In this document: piece by piece, positions 30,157 through 39,821 of the stretch
Layout of the letters: every line of letters begins with the position of its first letter
How positions within the stretch are numbered: the first letter of the stretch is position 1
NCBI RefSeq assembly: GCF_057098645.1
Contig: NZ_CM169472.1
Length of the DNA: 64,000 bases
Reading direction: 5' to 3' (one strand)
The notes under the pieces: model-generated
Databases searched by the model: none
Seen by the model: the letters and a program-made list of their open reading frames with translations, nothing else
Told to the model about the DNA's origin: nothing
Translations under genes and position numbers: made by a program

Positions 30157-30164
30157 AGCAGGAA

Positions 30165-30205
30165 GCATTGCCTGATGCGCTACGCTTATCAGGCCTACAA
30201 GCGGA
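30165..30205. repeat. REP-type palindrome
   Basis: gcctgatgcgctacgcttatcaggc. Confidence 0.45.
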
Positions 30206-30276
30206 CCACAATACCGACGAAAGAGCGGGATAAAACTTTACTGTCCTGACTCATTAGCCACATCCTTGCTAACTAA

Positions 30277-30311
30277 AAAACGGGCGGTAATACCACCGCC
30301 CGCTTGCTGAA
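30277..30311 (-). terminator. terminator downstream of potD
   Basis: aaaaacgggcggtaataccaccgcccg hairpin; T-run on the minus strand. Confidence 0.45.
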
Positions 30312-31358
30312 TTAACGTCCTGCTTTCAGCTTCTGATAATACTCTTCATAAATGCTGCTGGCTGCGCCAACGTCATTCTGCCATTCGCCATTTTTAATGG
30401 TTTCAGCATCCGGGTAGAGCGTCTTATCGTTCGCCACTTCTGGACTTAACAGCTTACGCGCCGCAAGGTTTGGCGTTGGATAACCGATAGTTTCAGCAAC
30501 CTGTTTTGCCACATCCGGGCGCAGCAGGAAGTTGATCAATTTCAGCGCGCCTTCTTTGTTTTTGGCATTTGCCGGGATCGCCAGGCTGTCCATCCAGAAT
30601 ATGCCGCCTTCTTTCGGCCACACCACGTCAATAGGCGTACCCGCCTGGCGTGCAACGAAAGCAGAACCGTTCCAGATCATGCCGAGGTTAACTTCGCCTT
30701 CCATGTACGGGTTAGCCGGGTTATCGGAGTTAAAGGCTGCCACGTTTGGCATCAGTTTTTTCAGCTCGTTATATGCAGCTTCAATCTCTTTCGGATCGGT
30801 GGTGTTACCGGAGTAGCCCAGCTTACGCAGCGCCATCTGGAACACTTCACGGGCATCGTCGGTCAGCAGCAGGCTGCCTTTGTACTCAGGCTTCCACAGA
30901 TCGGCCCAGCTGGTAACGGATTTCGGATCTACCGCATCACCGTTAACGCCAATCGCCGTCGCCCCCCAGATATACGGAATGGAGTAGTCGTTATTCGGGT
31001 CAAACGGCTTGTTGAGCATGTCTGGATCGAGGTTGCTGAAATTGCTTAACTTCGACTTGTCGATCTTCTGGATCATCCCTTCTTTACGCATTTTATCGAC
31101 GTAATAGGTTGAAGGAACCACCAGGTCGTAGGCACCGTCTTTGTACGTTTTCAGCTTGGCGTACATGGTTTCGTTCGACTCGTAAGTCGAATAGATAACC
31201 TTAATACCGGTTTCTTTGGTGAACTGTTCAAGCAGTCCTGGCGGCACGTACTCGGTCCAGTTGTAGAAATACAGCGTGTTGTTGTCATCGGCGTGAGCGG
31301 CGCTCATGCCCAGTGCCAGAGCACCCGCCGCGAGCAGGTGGCGTGACCATTTTTTCAT
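30312..31358 (-). CDS. potD: spermidine/putrescine ABC periplasmic binding protein
   Basis: 348-aa ORF with signal peptide; matches PotD as recalled. Confidence 0.95.
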   Translation of the reverse strand: MKKWSRHLLAAGALALGMSAAHADDNNTLYFYNWTEYVPPGLLEQFTKETGIKVIYSTYESNETMYAKLKTYKDGAYDLVVPSTYYVDKMRKEGMIQKIDKSKLSNFSNLDPDMLNKPFDPNNDYSIPYIWGATAIGVNGDAVDPKSVTSWADLWKPEYKGSLLLTDDAREVFQMALRKLGYSGNTTDPKEIEAAYNELKKLMPNVAAFNSDNPANPYMEGEVNLGMIWNGSAFVARQAGTPIDVVWPKEGGIFWMDSLAIPANAKNKEGALKLINFLLRPDVAKQVAETIGYPTPNLAARKLLSPEVANDKTLYPDAETIKNGEWQNDVGAASSIYEEYYQKLKAGR

Positions 31359-32149
31359 TTAACGTCCCCTGTGTTACCTTTCGTTTTATCACGAGCAATA
31401 AGCTGGCTGGCAATAACCATCACCAGCGACAGCACCAGTAATATGGTTGCCAGCGCGTTAACTTCCGGCGATACGCCGACTTTGACCATCGAATAAATTT
31501 TTAACGGCAGAATTTCATAACTTGGTCCGGTGACGAACGAAGAAACTACCACATCGTCCATCGACAGGGTAAAGCTTAACACCCAGCCCGCCGCCACCGC
31601 TGGCATTGCCAGTGGCAGAATGATTTTTCGCAGAATGGTAAATTCGCTGGCACCGAGATCTTTCGCCGCTTCCAGCATTCGCACGTCAAAACCTTTCAGG
31701 CGCGAATACACCGTCACCACCACAAATGGCAGGCAGAAGGTGATATGCGAGAACAGCAGCGACCAGAAGCCAAGCTGAATACCCAGCAGCATAAACAGCA
31801 CCAGCAGCGAAATTGCCATCACGATATCTGGTGACATCATTACCACAAACAGCATTCCGCTAACGAACGGCTTACCACGAAAGCGATAACGGTACAGTGC
31901 AACTGCCGTCAGTGAACCGATAAGCGTAGCAAACGTCGCCGAAAACACCGCCATTGTTAGTGAATGCTGCGCTGCCTGTAACAGGCTGTCGTTGTTCATC
32001 AGCAAGCTATACCATTTAGTGGTAAAACCCTGCCAGTTGATGCCAAAGCGCGAGCTGTTAAAGGAGTTCACAATCAAAATAATGATTGGGATATACAGGT
32101 ACGCGTAGATAGCGGTCATAAAACCGCCGCGAAGCAGTCGACCGATCAT
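31355..32149 (-). CDS. potC: spermidine/putrescine ABC permease
   Basis: 264-aa ORF beginning MIGRLLRGGFMTAIYAYLYIP; intact, with ATGA overlap to potD. Confidence 0.95.
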   Translation of the reverse strand: MIGRLLRGGFMTAIYAYLYIPIIILIVNSFNSSRFGINWQGFTTKWYSLLMNNDSLLQAAQHSLTMAVFSATFATLIGSLTAVALYRYRFRGKPFVSGMLFVVMMSPDIVMAISLLVLFMLLGIQLGFWSLLFSHITFCLPFVVVTVYSRLKGFDVRMLEAAKDLGASEFTILRKIILPLAMPAVAAGWVLSFTLSMDDVVVSSFVTGPSYEILPLKIYSMVKVGVSPEVNALATILLVLSLVMVIASQLIARDKTKGNTGDVK

Positions 32150-32314
32150 TCGAGTTCCACCTTCTTATTCATAAGGCGGGACACTTTCAGGATTTTGAAT
32201 TTATTCAATTTTTTCCTTTCTCCAAAATCTCTCCAAAACGTTTCCCCAAAACTAGGCCACGCATTTTACAACACTTTTTCCTGAGATGGTGACGGATATT
32301 CCATATGGTGTTTG

Positions 32315-33433
32315 TCAAATAACCAACTTAACCCATTCCTGACCTCGAGTATCGTTATAGCGATCGGTGGTTGCCTGGACTTTATGTCCTAGTAATGTTT
32401 TTGTATCGATACCCTGTGCACGGTACAGCCGTTCTGATAGAGAGCGTTGTTCATGAAATGTTGGCGGAGTTTTTCCTGCTGGTGGAATTACCCCAGCCAG
32501 ATCCCGTGCTTTGGCAAAGTAGTCGCTCAGGTTGTCTTTACTCATCGGCTTCGGTTGTTTCTGGTGCCGACTATGGATTAGATATGGACTTAATATTCTG
32601 TCTCGGCACCCATCAATAACTTCTTTTAACGTTATCCCAATGGCATCACAGCGTAGTGTAAGCGGTAACGCCAGACGCATTCCGGTTTTTCCCTGGGTGA
32701 TATGCAAGTGTTCGTTCCACACATCTGAAAAACGCATGTGGCAAATGTCATCACGGCGCTGACCAGTAACAATCGCAAGAAGCATTGCGTTACGGATAAA
32801 GTGTTTTTCAGGCGTTGCGTTGTAAATTTTTTGCCAGTCTTCCAGGGTGAGCCTGGCTCTAGTTACTTTAGGGATCGGTTTACGGGTAGCCTCCGGAGGA
32901 TTCCATCCAGGAGGAACTTCCCCTGCATGCTGTGCTTCTTTATAAATATCAACCCATAATCCACGATTTACTCTCGCTGTGCTGACCATGTCTTTATCCA
33001 GCCACTCATCCAGTATTAATGCAAAGTCTCTTACTTCCAGTTCTTTCAATGGGTGGTTTCCCAGACGGGAAACCAGGTATGCAGCCATTCGGGCTTTTTC
33101 TTTGTGAGTTGTAGCTGCAATATCTCCATTTTTCAGTCGCGTGTCCTGTATTTTCAGATATCGATCAACCCATGCCTTTAATCTGATACCCCGACGCTTT
33201 GTTGCTGACGGACTTTCATCAATTTTGCGCATGAAATATTCAGCCTCTGCTGCAGCTATTCGCTGATTGGCTGTGGAAGCGATTTTTTCTGCCTTACCTT
33301 TGTCTGTTCCGAGCCCGTGAAATTTTCCAGTCACAGGGTTTTTATACTGGTAGTAAACTCTGCCAGTTCTGCGATCAAATTTTTCGTAAAGTCCGGCTAC
33401 GTCAGTGCTGTTTTTTCGTGGCCTCGGTGACAT
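32315..33433 (-). CDS. int: phage tyrosine integrase (lambda Int family)
   Basis: 372-aa ORF; C-terminal catalytic domain with R..H.R..Y arrangement ending ...TTDRYNDTRGQEWVKLVI, similar to lambda Int; adjacent to the prophage/chromosome junction. Confidence 0.9.
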   Translation of the reverse strand: MSPRPRKNSTDVAGLYEKFDRRTGRVYYQYKNPVTGKFHGLGTDKGKAEKIASTANQRIAAAEAEYFMRKIDESPSATKRRGIRLKAWVDRYLKIQDTRLKNGDIAATTHKEKARMAAYLVSRLGNHPLKELEVRDFALILDEWLDKDMVSTARVNRGLWVDIYKEAQHAGEVPPGWNPPEATRKPIPKVTRARLTLEDWQKIYNATPEKHFIRNAMLLAIVTGQRRDDICHMRFSDVWNEHLHITQGKTGMRLALPLTLRCDAIGITLKEVIDGCRDRILSPYLIHSRHQKQPKPMSKDNLSDYFAKARDLAGVIPPAGKTPPTFHEQRSLSERLYRAQGIDTKTLLGHKVQATTDRYNDTRGQEWVKLVI

Positions 33434-33680
33434 GAGTTAAAATCTCCTTCAGTGCATCATCATCGCCAGTATGAATTTCCGGCGCAATTCCTGTTTCACC
33501 AGGTCCAACAAATACTGCTCGGCGATCTATCAGCCAACGCCCACGAATTTTTTGTGGTCTTGGAACGATGTATCCTAGTTTTCCGTATTTCACCAGGGTA
33601 GTGTTTGTTATTGGGAGACTGAACCGTTTTGGCTTCCACTCATCGAGCGTTATCAGGTACTGTTCGCTCATGGCTATCAC
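33402..33680 (-). CDS. xis: excisionase-like protein
   Basis: 92-aa ORF immediately upstream of and overlapping int; basic and Trp-rich like Xis family; assignment by position and composition. Confidence 0.55.
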   Translation of the reverse strand: MIAMSEQYLITLDEWKPKRFSLPITNTTLVKYGKLGYIVPRPQKIRGRWLIDRRAVFVGPGETGIAPEIHTGDDDALKEILTHVTEATKKQH

Positions 33681-33732
33681 TCCGGAACGCGCCAGTTGCA
33701 GAATACCAACGACAACTGGCGACGGTTGAACA

Positions 33733-36204
33733 TTAAAAATCAGCCTGACTCGGGATCAGTTTTTGCCAGATAACTGAAACGTATTTTGCCTGATAACGGG
33801 CGTCATCAAGTGCATTATGGCGCTCACCTTCGAATGGAATAGCCGTTCTGGCATCGAAGTCTATGGCTTTCCCCAGCTCAACGATTGTGCGTACATCGCG
33901 ATCGTTGTAGTAACGCCACGGGCAGGGGATCCCCTGCCGTTCGTATGAACGGCGCAAAATCGTGTTGTCGAAGTTGGCTCCATTTCCCCAGACCTGAACA
34001 AAAAATTCACCGGAGTTTTCGTCGATAAATTCCCGCAATTGTAACAGTGCATCATCTAACGGGATTTCATCGGTCATAATGGCAGATTGCGCTTCGCGTG
34101 ATTGCTTAAGCCACCATTTAATGGTGTCCCGATCAATGACTCCGCCAGCAGTTTCCAGATCGATAGTCTTACTAAATTCCGGTCCCATATCTCCGGTTTG
34201 CGGATCGAAAAATATTGCACCTATTGAGATGATCGGGGCATCAGGATTTTTTCCCATGGTTTCAAGGTCGATCATTAGATGGTCACACGTCCTGCTGGTG
34301 GATGTGATTTCTTGATGACCGTTCACCTTAATTGAGTGATCTGCCGTCTCGCCAGTTTCATTATCGCTATCGTGATGCTGATTGCCGCCAGTGTTCTCCT
34401 TGTGTGGATGTTCAGCGCCTTCCATTTTCTCCGGATCATCTTCCTGAACTTCAACCTGATACTCTTCATCGAATGTTTCCTGGTATGTTGCGTCGCCCAT
34501 CACCGCGCCACAATCAGGGCAGTTGCCGCCGCCGGTCTGACCGCAGGCGGTGCAGGCTTTTTCCACTTCCTGTTGCGCCACTGGTTCAGGCTGTTTCGTT
34601 TCTGGCTCGTTTTGTAACGCATTTGGGCTGTTTTGTTCCGCTTTTTGGTAGTTCCGTTCCGATTCATGCTGGTTCTGGTTTACAGAATCGCGGGTCTGGA
34701 TCCCCTTAACCCATTTCGGATCATTCGGGTCGCTAATCCCTGCAACAAATTCTCCGCGAGAGGCAGCAAGCAACTTATCGGCGTCAGGCTGGCTGATATT
34801 GGCTGCCTGCATAATTTTGTTTACTTCGTCAGCGGTAACTTTTACCGGCTCTGGTTGTGCGGTCGTGTCAGATGCACCAGTATTTTGTTGTGAACCTGAG
34901 TATGTACTGTTTTTGCGGGCGAAATATTCTTCTTTCGTGATTTCAGTAGCCCCGGCAGCCAGTGCCTTATCCAGACCAGAAAGTTTGTTTGCGCGACCGT
35001 ATTTTTCGCCATCCTTGTCGGTGAAGAGGAAGTAGAACGGCCCCTCACGCTCTACAGATGGTTCGACTTCCACTTTGCATTCGGTTTTTTCGTTGTCCGG
35101 AATTGCCGTTTCCACTGCATCAGTTTCTGGTACTGGCGACGAGAGAGTATCAGTTGCGCTCTGATTTGTTCCTTCATCTTCAAACACGCCCTTTGTAGTC
35201 AGGTATTCAGTAATGTATTTGTTCAGTGCCACAGGGTCTTTGTGAATGTCGATCGGACGTTCACGGACAAGGCCAAAAATAGTCTGGCGGTCGTAGCGAA
35301 GGGCATCAGGCTGTTTGCGCATTGATGCCGAGATACGCTTCCAGTCTTCGCGGTCGTTGTCGATAACTTCATTTTTTGCCCAGCGATGGATGCTGCCGTC
35401 AATGTTTCCGGCATCCACATCACCAGGCCAGAGAGCGTAGGCCAGTTCGTCATCCAGTGTTTTCCATGTCTGCTTGTATTCGCGATGAATGGCAGCAATG
35501 ACCGGGCTGATTTTTCCTGTTGAATTTTCAGTGTGCTGTTGATTGGTTCTGGCGCGGGCGAGATCAACAACAGACGTGTATTTTCCGGTTTCTTTGCGTT
35601 CACCTTCGCGACGTTTTTTCCAGATGCGCATCTCTGCCTGAATTTCGGGCCATTTGGCACCAGGCTTACATTTATGCTTAACCCACCCGATGGCATGCAG
35701 CTTAAGCTCCGGATACATGGCGTTAACTTCTGGCATTTTCATCAACGCTTCAACGATATGTCCGTCGAATGTTGCCATGTCTTCCTGCAACAATTCCTGT
35801 GCGCTAATAACCATATCAACGGTGATGTTTTCACATGTGTCGAACTTAACCATGACAGCGTTCTGTACTTCAGGGGCCAGCTTGTCAAAAGTGACGTTCA
35901 TCGGATCTGATTCAGTCTCAACCGGAACAAAGGAAGCAGACTCCTCATCCCAGCGGTTTTCCTGCATATATTCAGCATCCCATGAATCGAGGGCAGGGCG
36001 GGGTATGCCAGGTTTATCCTCGCAGATAATAAATTTATAAGCGCAGTCCTGAGCAGCCGGATAATGTTCCAGGAATTGCCAGTGAAATTTTGCTCGAGCA
36101 CGGCGTTCGTCGCCAGCTTCAATAGCTGTGGCTACAGCCACAGCGCCTTCTTCCCTTGTTGCCAGTTCGTCAGGAATGGCGGCGCAAATAAAGACTTTAC
36201 TCAT
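33733..36204 (-). CDS. large early protein with C-terminal DEDDh (DnaQ-like) 3'-5' exonuclease domain and a RecE-like central segment
   Basis: 823-aa ORF; C-terminus carries Exo motifs I (MIDLETMG), II (GNGANFDN) and III (HNALDDARY); central acidic region with a CxxC...CxxC cluster; the segment DADKLLAASRGEFVAGISDPNDPKWVKGIQTRDSV resembles Rac RecE as recalled. Confidence 0.7.
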   Translation of the reverse strand: MSKVFICAAIPDELATREEGAVAVATAIEAGDERRARAKFHWQFLEHYPAAQDCAYKFIICEDKPGIPRPALDSWDAEYMQENRWDEESASFVPVETESDPMNVTFDKLAPEVQNAVMVKFDTCENITVDMVISAQELLQEDMATFDGHIVEALMKMPEVNAMYPELKLHAIGWVKHKCKPGAKWPEIQAEMRIWKKRREGERKETGKYTSVVDLARARTNQQHTENSTGKISPVIAAIHREYKQTWKTLDDELAYALWPGDVDAGNIDGSIHRWAKNEVIDNDREDWKRISASMRKQPDALRYDRQTIFGLVRERPIDIHKDPVALNKYITEYLTTKGVFEDEGTNQSATDTLSSPVPETDAVETAIPDNEKTECKVEVEPSVEREGPFYFLFTDKDGEKYGRANKLSGLDKALAAGATEITKEEYFARKNSTYSGSQQNTGASDTTAQPEPVKVTADEVNKIMQAANISQPDADKLLAASRGEFVAGISDPNDPKWVKGIQTRDSVNQNQHESERNYQKAEQNSPNALQNEPETKQPEPVAQQEVEKACTACGQTGGGNCPDCGAVMGDATYQETFDEEYQVEVQEDDPEKMEGAEHPHKENTGGNQHHDSDNETGETADHSIKVNGHQEITSTSRTCDHLMIDLETMGKNPDAPIISIGAIFFDPQTGDMGPEFSKTIDLETAGGVIDRDTIKWWLKQSREAQSAIMTDEIPLDDALLQLREFIDENSGEFFVQVWGNGANFDNTILRRSYERQGIPCPWRYYNDRDVRTIVELGKAIDFDARTAIPFEGERHNALDDARYQAKYVSVIWQKLIPSQADF

Positions 36205-36327
36205 TTTGTTTTAACCTCATGACAGATTTAAGGATGAACAAATCCCTGCCATTGCTGGCATATAAGAATGAAACCGGATATTTATTACGGAACTGTTTTA
36301 AAGACCTGCCGGGATTTCGATATTATC

Positions 36328-36489
36328 CTAGTGAATAACTTTATCGACCGGGTAACAGTTACCGGGAATTTTCTGTTCGGTTGCTGCAGTCATACACTCC
36401 TGCATTGTCCTGTGAACACTGACTGCAATATCAACTGGCTCTCCGGAAACAAGAAAAACTGTCAGAACAAGCGCAAATGCTGAATTCAT
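36328..36489 (-). CDS. ydfD: YdfD-like small protein
   Basis: MNSAFALVLTVFLVSGEPVDIAVSVHRTMQECM... hydrophobic N-terminus; ATG overlaps dicB stop (ATGA), as in Qin. Confidence 0.6.
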   Translation of the reverse strand: MNSAFALVLTVFLVSGEPVDIAVSVHRTMQECMTAATEQKIPGNCYPVDKVIH

Positions 36490-36674
36490 TGTGCACATCC
36501 TTTTGGCATCAGACGTAAACGAGCCAGCATTGAAACAATGCATATTTTATTTAATAGCTCCCGTTCTTGTTTTCTCTTGTTAATGGCATCTTCAGTAAAT
36601 ACAGGGTTACTGATAGTGACACCAATTTCAAAACAACCTTCAGACGTATTAACGTTTGGTAATAACGTTTCCAT
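36486..36674 (-). CDS. dicB: cell-division inhibitor DicB
   Basis: 62-aa product METLLPNVNTSEGCFEIGVTISNPVF...MPKGCAQ, near-identical to Qin DicB as recalled; SD gagga upstream. Confidence 0.8.
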   Translation of the reverse strand: METLLPNVNTSEGCFEIGVTISNPVFTEDAINKRKQERELLNKICIVSMLARLRLMPKGCAQ

Positions 36675-36684
36675 TATCTCGTCC

Positions 36685-37242
36685 TCAACAATGAATTTTT
36701 AGTAATTGCTCCACAGTCATATTTTTAATTGCGCTCCGGTTTACAAGAGTCCAGCCTTGTTTCTCCAGATAAAACTGGAAGGTATCCAGGGTGCAGACCA
36801 TTGCGCCGTCCGGAACGGTTTCAGTGAATTTGATATTGCCGTGTTCGTCGAGACGGATAACCAGGGTACGTCCGTCCCCGTGAATCATTTTGTCGGGAGA
36901 CGGGGCGTTATTCTGGCGCAGTTCTTTCTCCATGCGATCGAACTCAGCGATGTAGGCTTCTTTAAATGCAGCGGCTTTTTTGCCGGTGAAGCCCATCACC
37001 AGGAAAACGAAGCCGTTTTTGGTGATTTGGTACATTGGGAGTTTGCGACCGGTTGAGTCGGTATATTCGCTCGACACAAAATTGTGCTCAGTGAATTTTG
37101 CTGAACAGTCCAGATTGCGAATTTTATCCAACACTCGTTCGTGGCGTTTACCAAAGAACTCAGCGATCGCAATAGACGTAGTGACAGCGCGTCCATTTTC
37201 GATGGTTACGTCAGGGTGAGAAAGGGTATGGATAGTAGCCAT
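36685..37242 (-). CDS. Rha-family phage regulatory protein
   Basis: From ATG at 37242: MATIHTLSHPDVTIENGRAVTTSIAIAEFFGKRHERVLDKIRNL...TKNGFVFLVMGFTGKKAAAFKEAYIAEFDRME (Rha N-domain pattern); frame stays open upstream to 37539 with no convincing start. Confidence 0.7.
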   Translation of the reverse strand: MATIHTLSHPDVTIENGRAVTTSIAIAEFFGKRHERVLDKIRNLDCSAKFTEHNFVSSEYTDSTGRKLPMYQITKNGFVFLVMGFTGKKAAAFKEAYIAEFDRMEKELRQNNAPSPDKMIHGDGRTLVIRLDEHGNIKFTETVPDGAMVCTLDTFQFYLEKQGWTLVNRSAIKNMTVEQLLKIHC

Positions 37243-37717
37243 GATGGCAGCCTCGATAGTCAGTTTAAATAACTCACCACCAAGGCTTTCCACGACCATA
37301 AGGGTGGTGAGACGTACAGGGGTGGAAATACCGGTGACTACCGAAACCGGCCAGCCTTTCGGCTGCCCTGCACGCCCCACCATAATCTGAATGTGGCTGT
37401 GCATTACGCATAAAAAAACCGCATGAGCGCGGTTATGCGCAGTAGTCATCATCGGGTTTCCACGCCCGGCACCCGCTTTATGAGGTGCAGGTGCACTATA
37501 ATTCCACCCGTTCTGGTTTTCAATAGCTACATTCAACATTTTCTCTTACCCTTCATCACCGAAGTGAACTTTGTTGATGCAGTGCCTGGTGCCTCCAGGT
37601 GACGTTAACCAGTTAACAATTAACGCCGGATACAGAGAATCCAACCATAACACTGTTTTTGGTTTTAACTGTTCCGCGTGCGCTTAGCCGCATTCACCGC
37701 ATCACAAAATTCACTTT

Positions 37718-37775
37718 AAAAAGGGCGGCAGAGCAGTCACGGAGTAAAACTGATACCGCCAAACGTCACCAGAAA
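37718..37775 (-). ncRNA. dicF: DicF small RNA
   Basis: Minus strand reads TTTCTGGTGACGTTTGGCGGTATCAGTTTTACTCCGTGACTGCTCTGCCGCCCTTTTT, matching DicF as recalled, with its own terminator hairpin and T-run. Confidence 0.8.
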
Positions 37776-38116
37776 ATTGATAACAGAGGGCGTTGCAGCG
37801 GGGTTGTCACTTAAGCGTATGGTCAACCTGACAACCCGGTGTCCTCAACGGGGGAAGGAATAACCCCGCCATACTTACCGCCGCGCCATTTCGCGGATTG
37901 CCACAACCGGAAGCGCACGGTCGACGAAAATTTAACGACAGGCTATCTATGAACCAGCTACCTCGCCGTGCGCTTTCGCGTTATGGTCTGACTTTTCAGG
38001 GAAATATCCTTTCAGTAAACTGTCAGTGTCGGATGCTCACCCGTGTCCGGCGCACGCACTCCACCTCACCCGTGGAGAACTCCTTAATTACCAACCTTAG
38101 CTTCGTTGGTTAGCTA

Positions 38117-38335
38117 TTAACGCGGGTATGTAATCATTCTGGCAATGCTTAATGCCGCTGCTTTTTCCAGATTGGTGATATCCTGCTCCAGAGCGGACAG
38201 ATTTTCAGCCTGCTTAGCCCTGGCTTCATTAGCCCATTTCAGATCCTGCGCTGCATTAATTTTCTGGCGCATCCACTCATAAAGTTCATCATCGGTATAG
38301 TCTGGCGCGATGATGACGGGTTCTCGTTTCTGCAT
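38117..38335 (-). CDS. ydfC: YdfC-like protein
   Basis: 72-aa ORF MQKREPVIIAPDYTDDELYEW...; position between ydfB and dicF as in Qin. Confidence 0.65.
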   Translation of the reverse strand: MQKREPVIIAPDYTDDELYEWMRQKINAAQDLKWANEARAKQAENLSALEQDITNLEKAAALSIARMITYPR

Positions 38336-38364
38336 ACTGATTCCTCGCGGTGCTGTTTCGCTTA

Positions 38365-38493
38365 TCAGCCGTTAGATTTTGCCGAACTGGAAAGCGCCTG
38401 TTTAAACTCACTGAAGCTGAGAGCTTCTTCGCCTTCGGCAAGGCCTTCGAAGTATTCTTCGTAAGCCTTTTCCATGATTGTGTCGAAATCCAT
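38365..38493 (-). CDS. ydfB: YdfB-like small acidic protein
   Basis: 42-aa ORF MDFDTIMEKAYEEYFEGLAEGEEALSFSEFKQALSSSAKSNG read directly from the minus strand. Confidence 0.55.
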   Translation of the reverse strand: MDFDTIMEKAYEEYFEGLAEGEEALSFSEFKQALSSSAKSNG

Positions 38494-38494
38494 A

Positions 38495-38650
38495 TCACTC
38501 ACCTGAGTTTCTTTCCAGCCAGCGACGGGCACCATTTTCGGTTTTAAACGTTTTGCTTTTGGTATACGTCATTGCGGTGAACGTGCCGTCCTGGTTTGGA
38601 AACACGCCGTACACCAGAGATTCGTTGCTGCCAAGATCGATAGTATCCAT
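38495..38650 (-). CDS. ydfA: YdfA-like small protein
   Basis: 51-aa ORF MDTIDLGSNESLVYGVFPNQDGTFTAMTYTKSKTFKTENGARRWLERNSGE. Confidence 0.6.
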   Translation of the reverse strand: MDTIDLGSNESLVYGVFPNQDGTFTAMTYTKSKTFKTENGARRWLERNSGE

Positions 38651-38853
38651 GCTGACCTCATTTCCCCTTAACGCCGGAGTAGCGGAACTGTTTGCTGAGA
38701 ACACCGTGCGGTGTCTTGATGAGTGAAATTTAGAATAACCTAAGGCATATGGTCAAGATTTTTATGTAGAAAAACCTAAGTTTTTTTGGTGTAAAAAACA
38801 CAAGTGTTTGAAAGTTTGTGCTTTTTATTACAGGGTGTGGAGAAAAAAGGGGG

Positions 38854-39261
38854 TTATTTGTTTGCGCTTCTTTTGCGAGCTTTAAGTAGTTCTTCAAAAA
38901 GTTTGTTGAAATTTTCAACTCGAGCACGCATCTCTGACAACAGAGCCTTTTGCTCTGACTCAGGCAGTGCGTCGAACAGTTGAAGCAACTCTTTTTGATC
39001 TTCTGTCAGATTGACTGGCTGATTATCTGGGATCGGTTCGCCTGGTTGCTTATCTTCATCTCCAAAAAGAAGCCAAGTCGGCGAGCACTGAAGCGCCTGG
39101 CTCAGTGCGAATAATCTCTTCCCCGCTGGCTGTGTTTCATCTCTTTCCCATTGAGAAATTGTTACGTGAGCCACTTTGACCAGCTTACCTAATGCGGCCT
39201 GAGACAGTTTTAATTTTTTTCGCCTGTATAAGAGGCGAGCACCGAAGGTTTCGTTTTTCAT
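38854..39261 (-). CDS. dicA: DicA-like HTH (XRE/cI-type) repressor
   Basis: 135-aa ORF with HTH LSQAALGKLVKVAHVTISQWERDE and C-terminal FNKLFEELLKARKR resembling Qin DicA; divergent from dicC. Confidence 0.85.
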   Translation of the reverse strand: MKNETFGARLLYRRKKLKLSQAALGKLVKVAHVTISQWERDETQPAGKRLFALSQALQCSPTWLLFGDEDKQPGEPIPDNQPVNLTEDQKELLQLFDALPESEQKALLSEMRARVENFNKLFEELLKARKRSANK

Positions 39262-39337
39262 ATTAGGTAATTCTAATTTTTCTTGACTTAGGTTTCTCTA
39301 CGATCTAGTTTCCTTAGGAAAATCTAAGGGGTTCGAT

Positions 39338-39565
39338 ATGTTGAAAATTGATGCTATAGCGTTTTTTGGCAGCAAAACAAAGCTTGCCAATGTCGCAGGA
39401 GTTAGGCTGGCAAGCGTTGCTGCATGGGGGGAACTGGTTCCTGAAGGTCGCGCGATGCGCCTGCAAGAGGCATCCGGCGGGGAACTTCAGTACGACCCCA
39501 AAGTTTATGACGAATATCGTAAGGCAAAGCGGGCGGGGCGGTTGAACAATGAAAATCACCACTGA
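39338..39565 (+). CDS. dicC: DicC-like Cro-type regulator
   Basis: 75-aa ORF MLKIDAIAFFGSKTKLANVAGVRLASVAAWGELVPEGRAMRLQEASGGELQYDP...; divergent from dicA. Confidence 0.85.
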   Translation: MLKIDAIAFFGSKTKLANVAGVRLASVAAWGELVPEGRAMRLQEASGGELQYDPKVYDEYRKAKRAGRLNNENHH

Positions 39566-39821
39566 ACAGGTTTGTGAGGCTCTGGATACCTGGGTATGCC
39601 GACCAGGAATGACACAGGATGCAAAATGGCATCTGAATCGATCGCAGTTTGGCATTCGAATCGATCATGATTTGGCATCCATCTCCGATCACAGTTTGGC
39701 ATCACAATCGATCACGATTTGGCATGCTTCCGATCATTGATTGGCATCCTGCCAGTCACTCCGGGAATTAACTCTTTTCACCACAGTCTCCATTGCCGTG
39801 TTTAAACCAGTGGAGACGTCA

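Noticed and set aside
37243-37539. N-terminal extension of the Rha-family ORF
   Set aside because: Frame is open but the upstream segment has no good start or SD and does not resemble a protein domain; the Rha-like similarity begins at the ATG at 37242.
38289-38498. 69-codon minus-strand ORF overlapping ydfB in another frame
   Set aside because: Arg/Lys-rich, low-complexity product; the ydfB-like frame matches the known small protein and the Qin gene order.
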